Of a DNA stretch of 64,000 nt, positions 10,257 through 21,105 are shown piece after piece (the stretch's first letter is position 1; each line of letters begins with the position of its first letter). The notes beneath the pieces were generated by a model. It had not been told where the DNA came from, did no database searches, and was given only the letters and a program-made list of their open reading frames with translations. The stretch covers positions 1 through 64,000 of the forward strand of contig CAWEHK010000036.1 in NCBI GenBank assembly GCA_963808625.1, written 5' to 3'. The DNA is from an uncultured delta proteobacterium. Lineage in GTDB: Bacteria; Desulfobacterota; Syntrophobacteria; Syntrophobacterales; Syntrophobacteraceae. The translations under genes and the position numbers were made by a program.

Positions 10257-12935
10257 ATGAGTGAAGGCAATTTGCCCAAAGCATATGCATTTCATGAAGT
10301 AGAACCGCACTGGTACGCCTACTGGGAGCAAGGGGGATTTTTCCACGCGGGAATCGATGGGACAAAGCCACCCTACAGCATTGTCATCCCGCCCCCCAAC
10401 GTGACCGGGCAGTTGCACATGGGGCATGCTCTGAACAACACCCTGCAGGATATTCTTTGCCGCTACAAGCGCTTGACGGGATTTGAGGTGCTCTGGGTAC
10501 CCGGCACCGATCACGCCGGAATTGCAACCCAGAATGTGGTGGAACGGCACCTCGCAACGGAACGCCTTACCCGCCATCAGTTGGGGCGCGAGGCTTTCCT
10601 TGAGAGCGTCTGGCAATGGAAGGGAAAGTACGGGGGCATTATCATCAATCAGTTGAAACGCCTCGGGGCTTCCTGCGATTGGGAACGGGAACGCTTTACC
10701 ATGGATGAGGGCCTGTCGCGAGCGGTCCGGCAGGTTTTTGTCAGCCTCTATGAGGACGGCCTCATCTACCGTGGCAAGCGGATGATCAACTGGTGTCCGC
10801 GCTGCATGACGGCATTGGCCAATATCGAAGTCGAGGGCGAGGAGCGCGACGGGCATCTCTATCATGTGCGCTACCCTCTGGTTGGCGGCAAGGGGGCGTT
10901 GGTGGTCGCCACCACACGCCCGGAAACCATGCTCGGTGATACCGCCGTGGCCGTCCACCCGAAGGACCCGCGGTATAAGTCCGCCATCGGTCAACAGGTG
11001 GTCCTGCCGCTGGTGGAAAGACGCCTCCCGGTGATTGCCGACACCTATGTCGACCGGGAGTTCGGGACGGGGGCCCTCAAAATCACGCCGGCACATGATT
11101 TCAATGACTTCGAGGTGGCCCGGAAGCACCATCTCGAGCTGGTACAGGTGATTGACGAAGACGGCACCATGAGTGCCGACGCCGGACCATACGCCGGGAT
11201 GGACCGGTACGCGTGCCGCAAGCGAATCGTAAAAGACCTGGAGAAGGGCGGGTTCCTGCTCAGAATCGAGCCTTACAAACATCGCATCGGCCACTGTTAT
11301 CGCTGCCAGAGCGTGGTGGAACCCATGCTCTCCCTGCAATGGTTTGTGGCGACCGCGCCCCTGGCCGAGAAGTCGATGGCTGCCGTGCGTGAAGGCAAGA
11401 CCCAAATCATCCCGGCCAAATGGGAAAAAGACTACTTCAATTGGATGGAAAATCTGGAGGATTGGTGCATCAGCAGGCAGATCTGGTGGGGGCACCGAAT
11501 TCCTGCCTGGTACTGCCGGGAGTGCGGGGAAGTGATCGTGTCGTTGGATGAACCCACAAGATGCCCGAGCTGCAAAAAGGGTGGATTGGAACAGGACCCC
11601 GATGTCCTCGACACCTGGTTCAGCTCAGCGCTGTGGCCGTTCTCGACGATGGGATGGCCCACGGAAACCCGGGAGCTGAAGACCTTCTATCCGACGTCGG
11701 TGTTGGTGACGGCCTTCGATATCCTCTTTTTCTGGGTGGCGCGCATGATGATGATGGGCCTCCATGTTATGAGCGAGGTGCCGTTCCGCGAGGTCTACGT
11801 TCATGCTCTGGTGCGGGACACGCAGGGCCAGAAAATGAGCAAGTCCAAAGGCAATGTGATCGACCCCCTGATCATGATGGATGAATATGGTACCGATGCG
11901 CTGCGCTTCACGCTCACCGCTCTGGCCGTGCAGGGGAGGGACGTCAAACTCTCCGAGGAACGCATCGAAGGCTACAAGCATTTTGTCAACAAGATTTGGA
12001 ATGCTTCCCGACTGGTCTTGATGAACCTCGATGGCTTGAGGGACCTGCCGGAGCTCCCTGCGAACCCCCAGAAACTCATGCACCGATGGATTCTGAGCAG
12101 GCTTCAGCGGGTCACCAATGAGGCCCGGGAGGCAATCGAGGGTTATCATTTCAACCATTACGCCCATGTGCTGTACCAGTTCGTATGGCATGAGTACTGT
12201 GACTGGTACCTGGAGATGATCAAGCCCGATTTCTACGGCCAGGATGCGACCACCAAAATTACCGCCCAAACGATCGCGACCAGAGTGCTCGAGGCGATCC
12301 TGATTCTTCTTCATCCCGTTATGCCGTTTGTGACGGAGGAGATCCGGCAAAAGCTGCCCTCCGCCGAGGGCAGCATCATGCGGGCGTCCTTCCCGGTCTG
12401 TGATGAACAACGGGTCGATGCGGAAGCGGAAGAACAGATGGCGCTCATCATGGAAGTCGTAAATGGGATCAGAAACATTCGCGGGGAAATGAATGTACCA
12501 CCGGCAACCCGGGTGGAGGTCATCTGCCTGGTGGAGGGTGCTGCCGAAAAGTGGCTGTTGCAGGAGCATGCCGGCACGATCAGCGATCTCAGCCGCCTGG
12601 CCGATCTGCGCATTGCCTCAGCGGGCGAGCTCGATAAACCGAGGATTGCCGCCAGTGCGGTAATGCATAATGTCGAGGTTTTTGTGTTGCTCGAGGATGT
12701 GTTGGATTTTGACAGCGAGTCCAGGCGTCTTGAAAAAGAGCTCGCAAAAATGGAGAAAGAGTTCGGTTTCACTCAGAAGAAGCTGTCGAATGAGGATTTC
12801 CTGAAGAAGGCCCCTGCCGACGTCATCGAAGGTGAGCGCGAGAAGGGGAGGCGGTTGGGAGAAAAGCTCGAAAAGCTCCGGCATCAGTATGAGAAGATTA
12901 AAATCCTGGGAAAGAGTGCCACGGTGAGGAAATAG
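10257..12935 (+). CDS. valS: Valine--tRNA ligase
   Basis: PPPNVTGQLHMGHAL (HIGH), KMSKS, DTWFSSALWPF, C-terminal coiled coil. Confidence 0.98.
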   Translation: MSEGNLPKAYAFHEVEPHWYAYWEQGGFFHAGIDGTKPPYSIVIPPPNVTGQLHMGHALNNTLQDILCRYKRLTGFEVLWVPGTDHAGIATQNVVERHLATERLTRHQLGREAFLESVWQWKGKYGGIIINQLKRLGASCDWERERFTMDEGLSRAVRQVFVSLYEDGLIYRGKRMINWCPRCMTALANIEVEGEERDGHLYHVRYPLVGGKGALVVATTRPETMLGDTAVAVHPKDPRYKSAIGQQVVLPLVERRLPVIADTYVDREFGTGALKITPAHDFNDFEVARKHHLELVQVIDEDGTMSADAGPYAGMDRYACRKRIVKDLEKGGFLLRIEPYKHRIGHCYRCQSVVEPMLSLQWFVATAPLAEKSMAAVREGKTQIIPAKWEKDYFNWMENLEDWCISRQIWWGHRIPAWYCRECGEVIVSLDEPTRCPSCKKGGLEQDPDVLDTWFSSALWPFSTMGWPTETRELKTFYPTSVLVTAFDILFFWVARMMMMGLHVMSEVPFREVYVHALVRDTQGQKMSKSKGNVIDPLIMMDEYGTDALRFTLTALAVQGRDVKLSEERIEGYKHFVNKIWNASRLVLMNLDGLRDLPELPANPQKLMHRWILSRLQRVTNEAREAIEGYHFNHYAHVLYQFVWHEYCDWYLEMIKPDFYGQDATTKITAQTIATRVLEAILILLHPVMPFVTEEIRQKLPSAEGSIMRASFPVCDEQRVDAEAEEQMALIMEVVNGIRNIRGEMNVPPATRVEVICLVEGAAEKWLLQEHAGTISDLSRLADLRIASAGELDKPRIAASAVMHNVEVFVLLEDVLDFDSESRRLEKELAKMEKEFGFTQKKLSNEDFLKKAPADVIEGEREKGRRLGEKLEKLRHQYEKIKILGKSATVRK

Positions 12936-12937
12936 CC

Positions 12938-13768
12938 ATGGACCGAACGGACTTTTTGCTCTGGCTGGCTATCCAGGAAGACCTGGGCCATGGTGATGTG
13001 ACCACCGAAGCGGTCGTCGACAGGGGGCTGGTGGGACGGGCTTTCGTCTTCGGACGGGAGGCGTTCGTGCTCTCGGGATCAAAACCGTTCCGTAAGGTCT
13101 TCAACCTGGTCGATCCCGGCGTTGCGATCACGAGCCTGTTCGAAGATGGGGAAAGAATCGAGGCCAATGCTCATGCCTTCAGGCTTGAAGGCCGCCTTCA
13201 GTCGCTCCTGACCGGTGAGCGCACCGCGCTTAATTTACTTCAGCGCCTCTCCGGCATCGCCACCATGGCGCGGCAGATGGCGGACGCCATCGCGGGCACC
13301 TCATGCCGACTCCTGGACACGCGCAAGACCACGCCGCTCTGGCGGGCCCTCGAGAAAGAGGCGGTGCGCCATGGGGGTGGGGCTAATCATCGCTTCGGCC
13401 TGTATGACGGAGTGCTCATCAAAGACAATCACATCGCTGCCGTCGGGGGGGTCCGCGAGGCGGTTGAGCGAGCCCGGCAGAGGGCCCCGCACGGCCTGAA
13501 GGTCGAGGTGGAAGTCGAGACGCTGCAAGACCTCGAGGCGGCCATCGAGGCCGGCGCCGACGTGGTTCTTCTGGACAACTTCTCAGCGCAGGACCTGCAA
13601 ACAGCCGTTGCGCTGACTGCCGGCCGTTGCCTGCTCGAAGCCTCCGGAGGCGTTACCCTGGACCGCGTCCGGGCCATTTCCGAGACCGGCGTGGATTTCG
13701 TGAGCTGTGGCGCCCTCACCCACTCGGCAAGGGCGATTGATATCAGTATGGAATTTCTCCCCGAGTGA
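12938..13768 (+). CDS. nadC: Nicotinate-nucleotide diphosphorylase (carboxylating)
   Basis: DTRKTTP, NHRFGLYD, LIKDNH, EASGG motifs. Confidence 0.95.
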   Translation: MDRTDFLLWLAIQEDLGHGDVTTEAVVDRGLVGRAFVFGREAFVLSGSKPFRKVFNLVDPGVAITSLFEDGERIEANAHAFRLEGRLQSLLTGERTALNLLQRLSGIATMARQMADAIAGTSCRLLDTRKTTPLWRALEKEAVRHGGGANHRFGLYDGVLIKDNHIAAVGGVREAVERARQRAPHGLKVEVEVETLQDLEAAIEAGADVVLLDNFSAQDLQTAVALTAGRCLLEASGGVTLDRVRAISETGVDFVSCGALTHSARAIDISMEFLPE

Positions 13769-13781
13769 GCGTCACCGCTGC

Positions 13782-14831
13782 CTAATCAACCCGTTTGAAC
13801 GTTACTTCCTGCTGCGGCAAGGGGATTTCCAGTTTCCCCTCGCGAGCAGCCTGCTGCATGCTCCGAATGATTTCGTCTCGAACCAGCCCCCGGTCGCGAG
13901 GATCTTTAATCCAGACCAGCATCTCCACCTCGATCGCCCAATCGCCAAAAGCGCGAAACCGCACCCGCGGTTCGGGGTCTCGAAGAATATGAGGGTTGTC
14001 CCTCACCGAATCGAGGAGGACCCTCTCAACCTCGGACAAATCGCTGCTGTAGGCTACCCCCAGACGGCACCGGACCCGATACTGGGGGAGAAAACCGGAC
14101 TCGTTGTTGATCTTCGCAGTAGCCATCAGGGAATTGGGAATGGATACGAAAACATCGTCACGGGTCCGAATGCGGGTGCTCCGAATGCCGATGCTTACCA
14201 CCTCCCCGCGTTCTCCGGTGTTGAGGACAACGTAGTCGCCAATGTGGTAAGGACGGTCCAGAAAGATGGCAATCCCGCCGAAGAAGTCGGAAAGGACATC
14301 CCTTGCGGCGAGCGCGGTGATAGCGGTCACCAGGCCTGCCGAAGCCAGCAGCGGACTGAGATCGATGGACCAGATCTGGAGCAGAAAAAAGCCCCCTCCG
14401 ATGATGAGCATTACGGTGATCAGGTTGTTGAGCAGGGCCAGGCTGTGGACGACGTTGGGTTCTTCCATGTGATGACCGGACATGCGCACAAAATACGAGC
14501 GGGAGATAGCGACCAGAAACCAGGTCCAGGCAATTACCGGCAGTGATTGGAGAAGCGCCAGCAATTCATCCCACCAGAAATGGGATTTCCATCCTGCCAG
14601 TTCAATGGCGTCGTCGGCAAAAATGGCCATCACGGTCAACATCAGCGGCAACAGGACGCGCTGAAACGCTAAAGACTCTGCGACAGCGGGAGGGACGCAG
14701 ACGGCGCGTCTACTCATTCTGGTCAAAACCTGATGAATTACATAGCCCAGAGCAGCTCCAAAAAGCAGAATGAGCACTCCATGGGCCATGGGGTTTAGGA
14801 TAAACCATTCTGACAGCATCTTTTTCCTCAC
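13782..14831 (-). CDS. Small-conductance mechanosensitive channel (MscS family)
   Basis: LLASAGL...FFGGIAIFLDRPYHIGD, GIRSTRIRT motifs. Confidence 0.9.
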   Translation of the reverse strand: MRKKMLSEWFILNPMAHGVLILLFGAALGYVIHQVLTRMSRRAVCVPPAVAESLAFQRVLLPLMLTVMAIFADDAIELAGWKSHFWWDELLALLQSLPVIAWTWFLVAISRSYFVRMSGHHMEEPNVVHSLALLNNLITVMLIIGGGFFLLQIWSIDLSPLLASAGLVTAITALAARDVLSDFFGGIAIFLDRPYHIGDYVVLNTGERGEVVSIGIRSTRIRTRDDVFVSIPNSLMATAKINNESGFLPQYRVRCRLGVAYSSDLSEVERVLLDSVRDNPHILRDPEPRVRFRAFGDWAIEVEMLVWIKDPRDRGLVRDEIIRSMQQAAREGKLEIPLPQQEVTFKRVD

Positions 14832-15081
14832 AGGAAGAGAACAGCAGCTTCAGGCTCCCCAACGTTTCTTGATTATGATAAACGACAGGATTCTGCAAGG
14901 TCCGAATTTTATGAGGATTAAGAAGTTGTCCAAAAAGAGGGCGCCTTGTTTGATCACCAAGGGCACGAAGGAGAGGTGTGGGTTGAGCGCACAGGGTATT
15001 GGGGGCCCCGGGCGGAGCGGCAGGACCGGCGCCGCGAGGTCGTCGGAGAGTATTTCGAGGCTGAAGGTTAACCGCTCTACG

Positions 15082-16002
15082 ATGAGGCGATTGGTTGCCG
15101 CCCTTTTGCTTCTGGCGTTGATGGCCGGTAGTGCCGGTGCTGAGGAATGGGCTTTTGCGGTGATCGGGGACAATCGTTCGGCCTTCGCTTCCTACCGGAA
15201 TGTGCTGAATGAAATCCGAACGCAGACGGCCAGCCCTGGAAAGGCTTTCCCTTTTCCAGCCCTGGTGGTGGCATGCGGGGACCTGGACCCTGTTGAAACG
15301 AATTACACGATCTTCAAAGAAGTCTTCCGAGACAGAATGCCGTCCTATTTCCCGGTAAGGGGCAATCACGACAGTCCGGCTGATGTGCGGTTCGTCATCC
15401 GGGAAGTCCTGATCCCTTATGGCAAGGGCATTACCCGGCTAGACGATGCAAGTATCAACTATTTCGCGGATTGGAAGAACACGCGGCTGATTGTCCTGGA
15501 TCAGTATTCCCCTTTTGGTAGATCGTTCGAGAGCACCTTGGTTTTGGCCTGGCTTGAAAGTGTGCTGAAAGCGCCCGACCACATTCGCCATATTTTTGTG
15601 GCCTTTCATGATCCCTACCTGGCTGAGCATCCTGAAAATGATCCGTTCTGGAGCTTACTCGTTAAGGAAAAGAGGGTGAGAGCCGTCTTTGCAGCGCACA
15701 CCCACACGTACCAAAAGCGAAGGTTTCCGGATGCGGTAACCGGCATCTATTATGTGAACGCGGGGAATGCCGGACAGAGCACCCACAGTGACAACCAACA
15801 GACCATCGTCGAAATCCTGATAAGCGGCGAGCAAGTGACCTTCAGGGTGATTCAAGCCCGGGAAGGCTCAACCAAGTTCAGCATACGGGAAGAATGGAAG
15901 ATCAAGGGGCAGGATGGTGACCGCTCGCAAAACGAGCTGCAATCTCCTCCAGTTTCTGTGAAAGCCGGTGGATATTTTGCCGGGCATTACGCTGTTCATT
16001 GA
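15082..16002 (+). CDS. Exported calcineurin-like metallophosphoesterase
   Basis: Signal peptide, GDNR, GDL, GNHD, HTH metallophosphoesterase motifs. Confidence 0.85.
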   Translation: MRRLVAALLLLALMAGSAGAEEWAFAVIGDNRSAFASYRNVLNEIRTQTASPGKAFPFPALVVACGDLDPVETNYTIFKEVFRDRMPSYFPVRGNHDSPADVRFVIREVLIPYGKGITRLDDASINYFADWKNTRLIVLDQYSPFGRSFESTLVLAWLESVLKAPDHIRHIFVAFHDPYLAEHPENDPFWSLLVKEKRVRAVFAAHTHTYQKRRFPDAVTGIYYVNAGNAGQSTHSDNQQTIVEILISGEQVTFRVIQAREGSTKFSIREEWKIKGQDGDRSQNELQSPPVSVKAGGYFAGHYAVH

Positions 16003-17048
16003 CGAATTCACGGCCTTCCCGCCCGAGCTTTCGTCGCGCCTCGGGGCTTTTCAACAGAGCACTGATCGCTTCCGCCATGGCCTCCCCGTCATCCCGCGAG
16101 ACAAGGGTGCCGGTTTGACCTGTGACCACGACCTGGGCAACCCCTGGAGAGTCCAGGGCCACTACCGGCAACTCACAAGCCTGGGCTTCGAGGTAAACCA
16201 TGCCGAGAGATTCCCCAATTCCGGGGAAGGCGAAAAGGTCCGCTGCTGAATAGAATTGAGCCATCTCCTGGCGTGCGACCCTGCCGGTGAAGACAACCCG
16301 CCCGGGCAAGAGCTCTTCCGCCAGGGCCTCGAGATGCATCCCCATGGGGCCATCTCCGACTACCAGGAGGATGAATTCGTGGTGGTTGGCCCTGAGCAGG
16401 GCAAGAGCCTTGAACAGGTAAACCAGGCTTTCGCATTTCACTCCCGGTCGGAATCGTGCGGCAGTCATGATGACGGGTGCGCCAGCGGCGATCCCGTAGT
16501 GCCTGCGGACGGTCTCGCCCGCTGCTTCGTCACGCTGGAAATCCTCAGGAACGATGCCCGAAGGCAGATAGGTAATCCGTTCCGGACGGAGGAGCCGTCG
16601 CAAGCCATCGAGGTCATTAAGGTTATTGGTGAAGACGTGGGTTGCACTCGTGAGTGCCAGGCGGTTCAGATAGAAGCCGACGCGCGTTGTGGACGTTTTG
16701 CGGCGCCTGGTGCTGTACATGGGCTGAAAAATGACATAGGGGATGTTCTGCAAGCTGCTGATCAGCGGACCCAAAACGTCGGGTGACTTGTAGTAGCTGT
16801 GATAGGTAAGCCAGAGATCGGGTTTGAATTCCCGGGTTTCCCTGTAAGCCTCGATCAAAGTTTTGTACAATTGCCCGAAACCAACCCTCATTTGATTTCC
16901 AAAACCAGCGGGTTCGAAATGGGACAATCTCCCGGCACTCATGCCCCATAACGTTTAGAGCATGATGCAAATCACGGGCAATAGTGAGGTCCCCGGACGG
17001 GTGCTCATGGGAAAGCGGTTTGTTCGGACAGTAGAAAGCGATCTTCAA
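15902..17048 (-). CDS. Glycosyltransferase family 4 (frameshift near 16870)
   Basis: MKIAFYCPNKP...PSGD N-terminus; ESLGMVYLEAQA GT-B motif. Confidence 0.85.
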
Positions 17049-17222
17049 GTTAAGGCCACGAAATCGGCACTAAGTTTTCTTCATCCAATACGTCACACGA
17101 AGAACACGAAGCACAGACGACTACAGGATTCCGACAATCGTCATATCTGTTTTAGCCTTCTTGCAAAAGGAGGTTTTCTCGTGCCTCTCGTCCGCGGTGA
17201 AAGAAGACAAACTTCCATATGC

Positions 17223-18473
17223 TCAAAATCCTCGCAGAGCGTCTTTGAATAGCCAATGGAGCCGCTTCACACAGTTGCGGTTGTCAAAGTCCTGTTCGAC
17301 TTTGGCCCTGGCCTGCACGACGTGGCCCGCATAACGTTCCGGATGCAGCAGGATATCCCTGATCGCCCCTGCCATTCCCTTGGGATCATCGGGTTGAACC
17401 AGGACTCCCGTGGCGCCGTCTTCAACCAGCTCGGGAAGGGCCGATACCCTTGTCGCCACCACCGGGACGCCCGTAGCCATGGCTTCGATGAGGACATTGG
17501 GGATGCCGTCACGGTCGCCGTTGGACGCCACCTTCGAGGCCAGGGCGAAACAGTGGGCCCGGCGATAGTAGTTGATGACTTCATGGTGGGGAAGCGTCCC
17601 AAGGAAATTCACCCGGTGCTCGAGGTCAAGATCGCGCACCATTCCGGCGACCTGTGGCTGCATTTCCCCACTCCCAACGTGGTTGAACCGAAAGTCAACA
17701 CCGGCCCGATCCAGTAGCTTCAGGGATTGCAATAGCGTATCATAACCCTTCTTGGGGACAAGACGGCCAATGGAAAGGACCTGATAGGGCGGCCCCGGCG
17801 TGCGGGCGGGATCGAAGGTGAAGAAGCTCAGGTCGATGCCGTGATAAATGACATGGAGAGGGGTGTCGCACGCGGCGGATTTTGCCAGGTCCCGGAGATA
17901 GTGCGCATTATAACCGGTGCAGGTGACCACAAAGCGGGCCTTCCTGATCTTTCGAACCAGTTGTTCGGGTTCTGAGATATAGACGTCTTTCGCGTGGGCC
18001 GTGAAACTGAACGGCAGGCCGGTCAGCTCCGAGGCGAAGAGCGCAACCGAGGTCGGTGTATGACAAAAATGGGCGTGTAAGTGGGTCACCGCGCTGTGCA
18101 TGAGGCAGGTAGCGGCAAGGTGACCCGCCTGGAGAAAGTGCCGCAGGGTTGCAAGCTTCTTGCGCTCCCAGGCGCGCTGCACGGCCCCTGCCAGGCATCG
18201 CTTATAGTGCGGCCCGAGAAGCTTCCCGAGCGCTCGGTTGCTCTTCACAAGCGTTTGCCAGTGGGGCAGCACATACTCGGGGAGGTAGGTAGCAGGCGCC
18301 CTGATTTGCCTCACGTGTTCGTGGGAGAAAATTTCTCGCGGTTGTCTCAGGGAATAGATTTCAATCGGGATGCCAAGGGATTCGAGGAGCAGGATCTCGG
18401 TGCTGATGAAACTCTCGGAGATGCGGGGATAGCCCTTGAGGATCATCCCCAGTCGGTGGTTCCCGCCGGTCAC
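17223..18473 (-). CDS. Glycosyltransferase family 4
   Basis: LKGYPRISESFI, HAHFCHTP, GRLVPKKG, DGIPNVLIEAMA. Confidence 0.9.
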   Translation of the reverse strand: MTGGNHRLGMILKGYPRISESFISTEILLLESLGIPIEIYSLRQPREIFSHEHVRQIRAPATYLPEYVLPHWQTLVKSNRALGKLLGPHYKRCLAGAVQRAWERKKLATLRHFLQAGHLAATCLMHSAVTHLHAHFCHTPTSVALFASELTGLPFSFTAHAKDVYISEPEQLVRKIRKARFVVTCTGYNAHYLRDLAKSAACDTPLHVIYHGIDLSFFTFDPARTPGPPYQVLSIGRLVPKKGYDTLLQSLKLLDRAGVDFRFNHVGSGEMQPQVAGMVRDLDLEHRVNFLGTLPHHEVINYYRRAHCFALASKVASNGDRDGIPNVLIEAMATGVPVVATRVSALPELVEDGATGVLVQPDDPKGMAGAIRDILLHPERYAGHVVQARAKVEQDFDNRNCVKRLHWLFKDALRGF

Positions 18474-19680
18474 CTCGGAGTCCCTCTCATGTGCTGCTGA
18501 ATACGCTTGCGCATGAACTCGAGGGCGGTAAAAGGAAAAGAGGTCATTTTCTGGCCGGTAGGACGAGCCATTTTGCAGGAGATTCAGAACGCGGGCGCGC
18601 AGGGTCTCCGGTGTTAGCTCCGAGGGCCGAAGGTAATCGCAAAAGCCTTGCGAACACAGCACCTGAGCGCGGATCAACTGTTCTTCCCGGGGTACGGTCC
18701 TTGGCACAATCAAGGAGGGTTTCTTTTGGCTGGCAATTTCACAAAGCGTGTTGTAGCCACCCATACTTACCACCACCTGGGCGGCGCCGATCAGAGCTTC
18801 CATATAGCGGTGGAATTTAAGCGTAATAAAGCCGAGCGACTCGGATTCCTTGATCACATCCTGGCAGCAATCGGATGGCATGAAAGGACCGGTTACCACG
18901 GCGACGCGGACACCCTCCGGGGTGCCCCCCGCGCCTGCGGTCGAATGCCGAAAGGAATAAATTTACCATGGGGTGGCCGTCGCCGCCTCCGCCCGTGGTG
19001 ACGAGGATGAGTTTCTCGTCGTCTTTTATCCCCAGATCTCTGCGCGCTGCGGCGACGTCCTCGGGAGAGGGGACCTTTCTCGGGATATAGCCCGTGAAAT
19101 GCATCTTGGACGCGATATGGGGAGGAATTTCATATTCCTTAATGGGGTCATAGAAGTTGCGGCAGCCATAGACCCAGATCTCGTCGTACAATTCGTCCAT
19201 GGCATCGTAGATGCCTTTTCCGCGCCAGTCTTCGATGGTCGAAGCGGCCCCGTCCATAATGTCACGGAGGCCGAGGATCGAAGTGCACGCGACACATTCG
19301 CTTTTCAGCCAATGCAGCGTATCAACGAACTCTCGTCGGAGCCCGAGAGGCGCCTTATCCACAATAAAGAAGTCGGGCTGAAAGGCCATGGCTGTCGCCA
19401 GAATGATTTTTTTCCTGATCTCCAGGACTTCGGTGGCATCGAGCTTCATGGAAAGAGGAAGATACTGTTCATTGGTAACTTTGATCATCCCGGGGATGCG
19501 CACAAAATCGATTCTCATGGGGCTCTTGAAGCGCCCCGCAAGGAGCGAGCCGGTGATGATGAGAATATTGGCGGGGCTCTTTCTGAGGCTCAAAGCCATG
19601 GCCAGGCACCGCCGAATGTGCCCCAGACCATAGGTGTCGTGGGAATACATTAAGATTTTATATGGGGCCAAAACACTCAC
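18470..19680 (-). CDS. Glycosyltransferase with GT28-like C-terminal domain (frameshifted)
   Basis: YSHDTYGLGHIRR, TTGGGGDG, SMGGYNT, VPRTVPREEQLIRA across two frames. Confidence 0.8.
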
Positions 19681-19847
19681 ATCCGCTTCTTTCGGATCAT
19701 AACCAACCTGGATTTATAGTCCGTCGTCCGTTTGGCCCAGATCGACCGAGCTTACCACTTCAAATAATCAGTTGTTCATAATAGAATCAATGCTGAAGCA
19801 AGGCAACAAAGAATTCCTCAAAACCACGACCGTTATGGAGGGTTTAC

Positions 19848-20234
19848 ATGGATCATCACGTTATTCAAACGGACCGCGCTCCCGCTGCCATTGGGCCTTA
19901 TTCCCAGGCAATCAGAGTGGACACCTGGCTCTTCGTGAGCGGGCAAATCGGCTTTCTGCCTGCAACCGGCCAACTGGCGGGGGATAACCTGGTCGATCAG
20001 GCCGCGCAGGCGCTTCAGAATATGCGCGAAATCCTGGAGGCGGCTGAATTCGGCCTCAACGATGTGGTCTCGGTGGATGTCTTCCTGGTCGATATCGCTC
20101 AGTTTGGCTCCTTTAACAGCATCTACGAGAACTTCTTCGCCGCCCACAAACCCGCTCGCGCCGTCGTGGAAGTGAAAGGTTTGCCGCGGGGAGCGCTGGT
20201 GGAAATTAAATGCATCGCCTGCAAGAATGACTGA
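19848..20234 (+). CDS. ridA: RidA/YjgF family enamine deaminase
   Basis: APAAIGPYSQA, SGQI, PARAVVEV..LPRGALVEI. Confidence 0.9.
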   Translation: MDHHVIQTDRAPAAIGPYSQAIRVDTWLFVSGQIGFLPATGQLAGDNLVDQAAQALQNMREILEAAEFGLNDVVSVDVFLVDIAQFGSFNSIYENFFAAHKPARAVVEVKGLPRGALVEIKCIACKND

Positions 20235-20260
20235 AGCAGCATTTGGCTCTTAGCTCTTAG

Positions 20261-20396
20261 TACTACAACGAGGTTTCCACAGGGGGCCTCAATTTGTGGG
20301 GCAGGCTTTCCAGCCTGCCTTTTGGCCAGATCGGCATGGCAGGCTGGAAAGCCTGCCCCACACGGTTTGGACCTTCATCAAAGTACCGTTGTAGTA
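20261..20396. mobile_element. MITE type 1 (136 bp) carrying a REP-like hairpin
   Basis: TIR TACTACAACG/CGTTGTAGTA, TTAG on both flanks; internal GGGGCAGGCTTTCCAGCCTGCC..GGCAGGCTGGAAAGCCTGCCCC. Confidence 0.75.
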
Positions 20397-20455
20397 TTAG
20401 CTCTTGGCTGTTGGCTCTTGGCTGTTAGCTGTTAGCTCTTAGCTCCTGGCTTTTA

Positions 20456-20681
20456 GTACCGCACAGCAGAATATAGTGTCCATCACCTACGCGGTGGCCC
20501 CATGGACTACCGGGGCGTGTACTTTTAGTACCGCACAGCAGAATATAGTGTCCATCACCCCCGGTCGTCATTCCCGCATGCTTTTAGCGGGAATCCAGAG
20601 AATTTGCCCACCCTGGATTCCCGCCAGAAACACGCGGGAATGACGTCTCGAAGTCTGACACTTATTTATGCGGAGGTGTAC
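20456..20681. mobile_element. MITE type 2: short copy 20456-20522 plus full copy 20528-20681
   Basis: Imperfect 25-bp TIRs starting GTAC; internal ATTCCC..GGGAAT palindromes; inverted sister copy at 40403-40532. Confidence 0.7.
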
Positions 20682-20776
20682 TTAGGTCTTAGCTCTTGGC
20701 GGTTGGTGTTTGGCGTTTGGGATAGCCGTCACGAGCTCGTGTCCATCCTGAAACCCCTTGCTCGAATTTGACGAAT

Positions 20777-20853
20777 GTAGGGCGGACTTCATGCCCGCCC
20801 GAAATTGGCAATGATTTCGGCGCATTTCGGGAGGGGATAAACCCCTCCCCTAC
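20777..20853. repeat. GTAG-type REP doublet
   Basis: GTAGGGCGGAC..GCCCGCCC ... GGGAGGGGATAAACCCCTCCCCTAC; sister copy at 33505-34105. Confidence 0.7.
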
Positions 20854-20879
20854 GCTTTCTGATGGATGACGGAGCTTCT

Positions 20880-20947
20880 AAATCCGGAATCCGCAATCCC
20901 ACATCCGCAATCCGAAATCCGACATCCGAAATCCGACATCCGAAATC
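20880..20947. repeat. 7-mer tandem tract (ATCCGAA/ATCCGAC)
   Basis: About nine period-7 units. Confidence 0.85.
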
Positions 20948-21105
20948 ATTTGTTCTTGATCCAACTGGAGCCATTTGTTACTTTTGCACTCGTCCTGTCA
21001 TGAGGTCGTTTTCTGACATCAATAGTCCCAGCGTAACAGATTCGTGAAGATGTTTTGTCGAGACATGGATTGGCGTGGTGTCGAACAGTCAGAAAGGAGA
21101 GGTCA

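Noticed and set aside
17223..18899. 558-aa fused glycosyltransferase ORF
   Set aside because: Better explained as two adjacent genes joined by a frameshift error
20450..20559. CRISPR array
   Set aside because: Only two repeats, no cas genes, and the repeat equals a MITE end; not annotated as CRISPR
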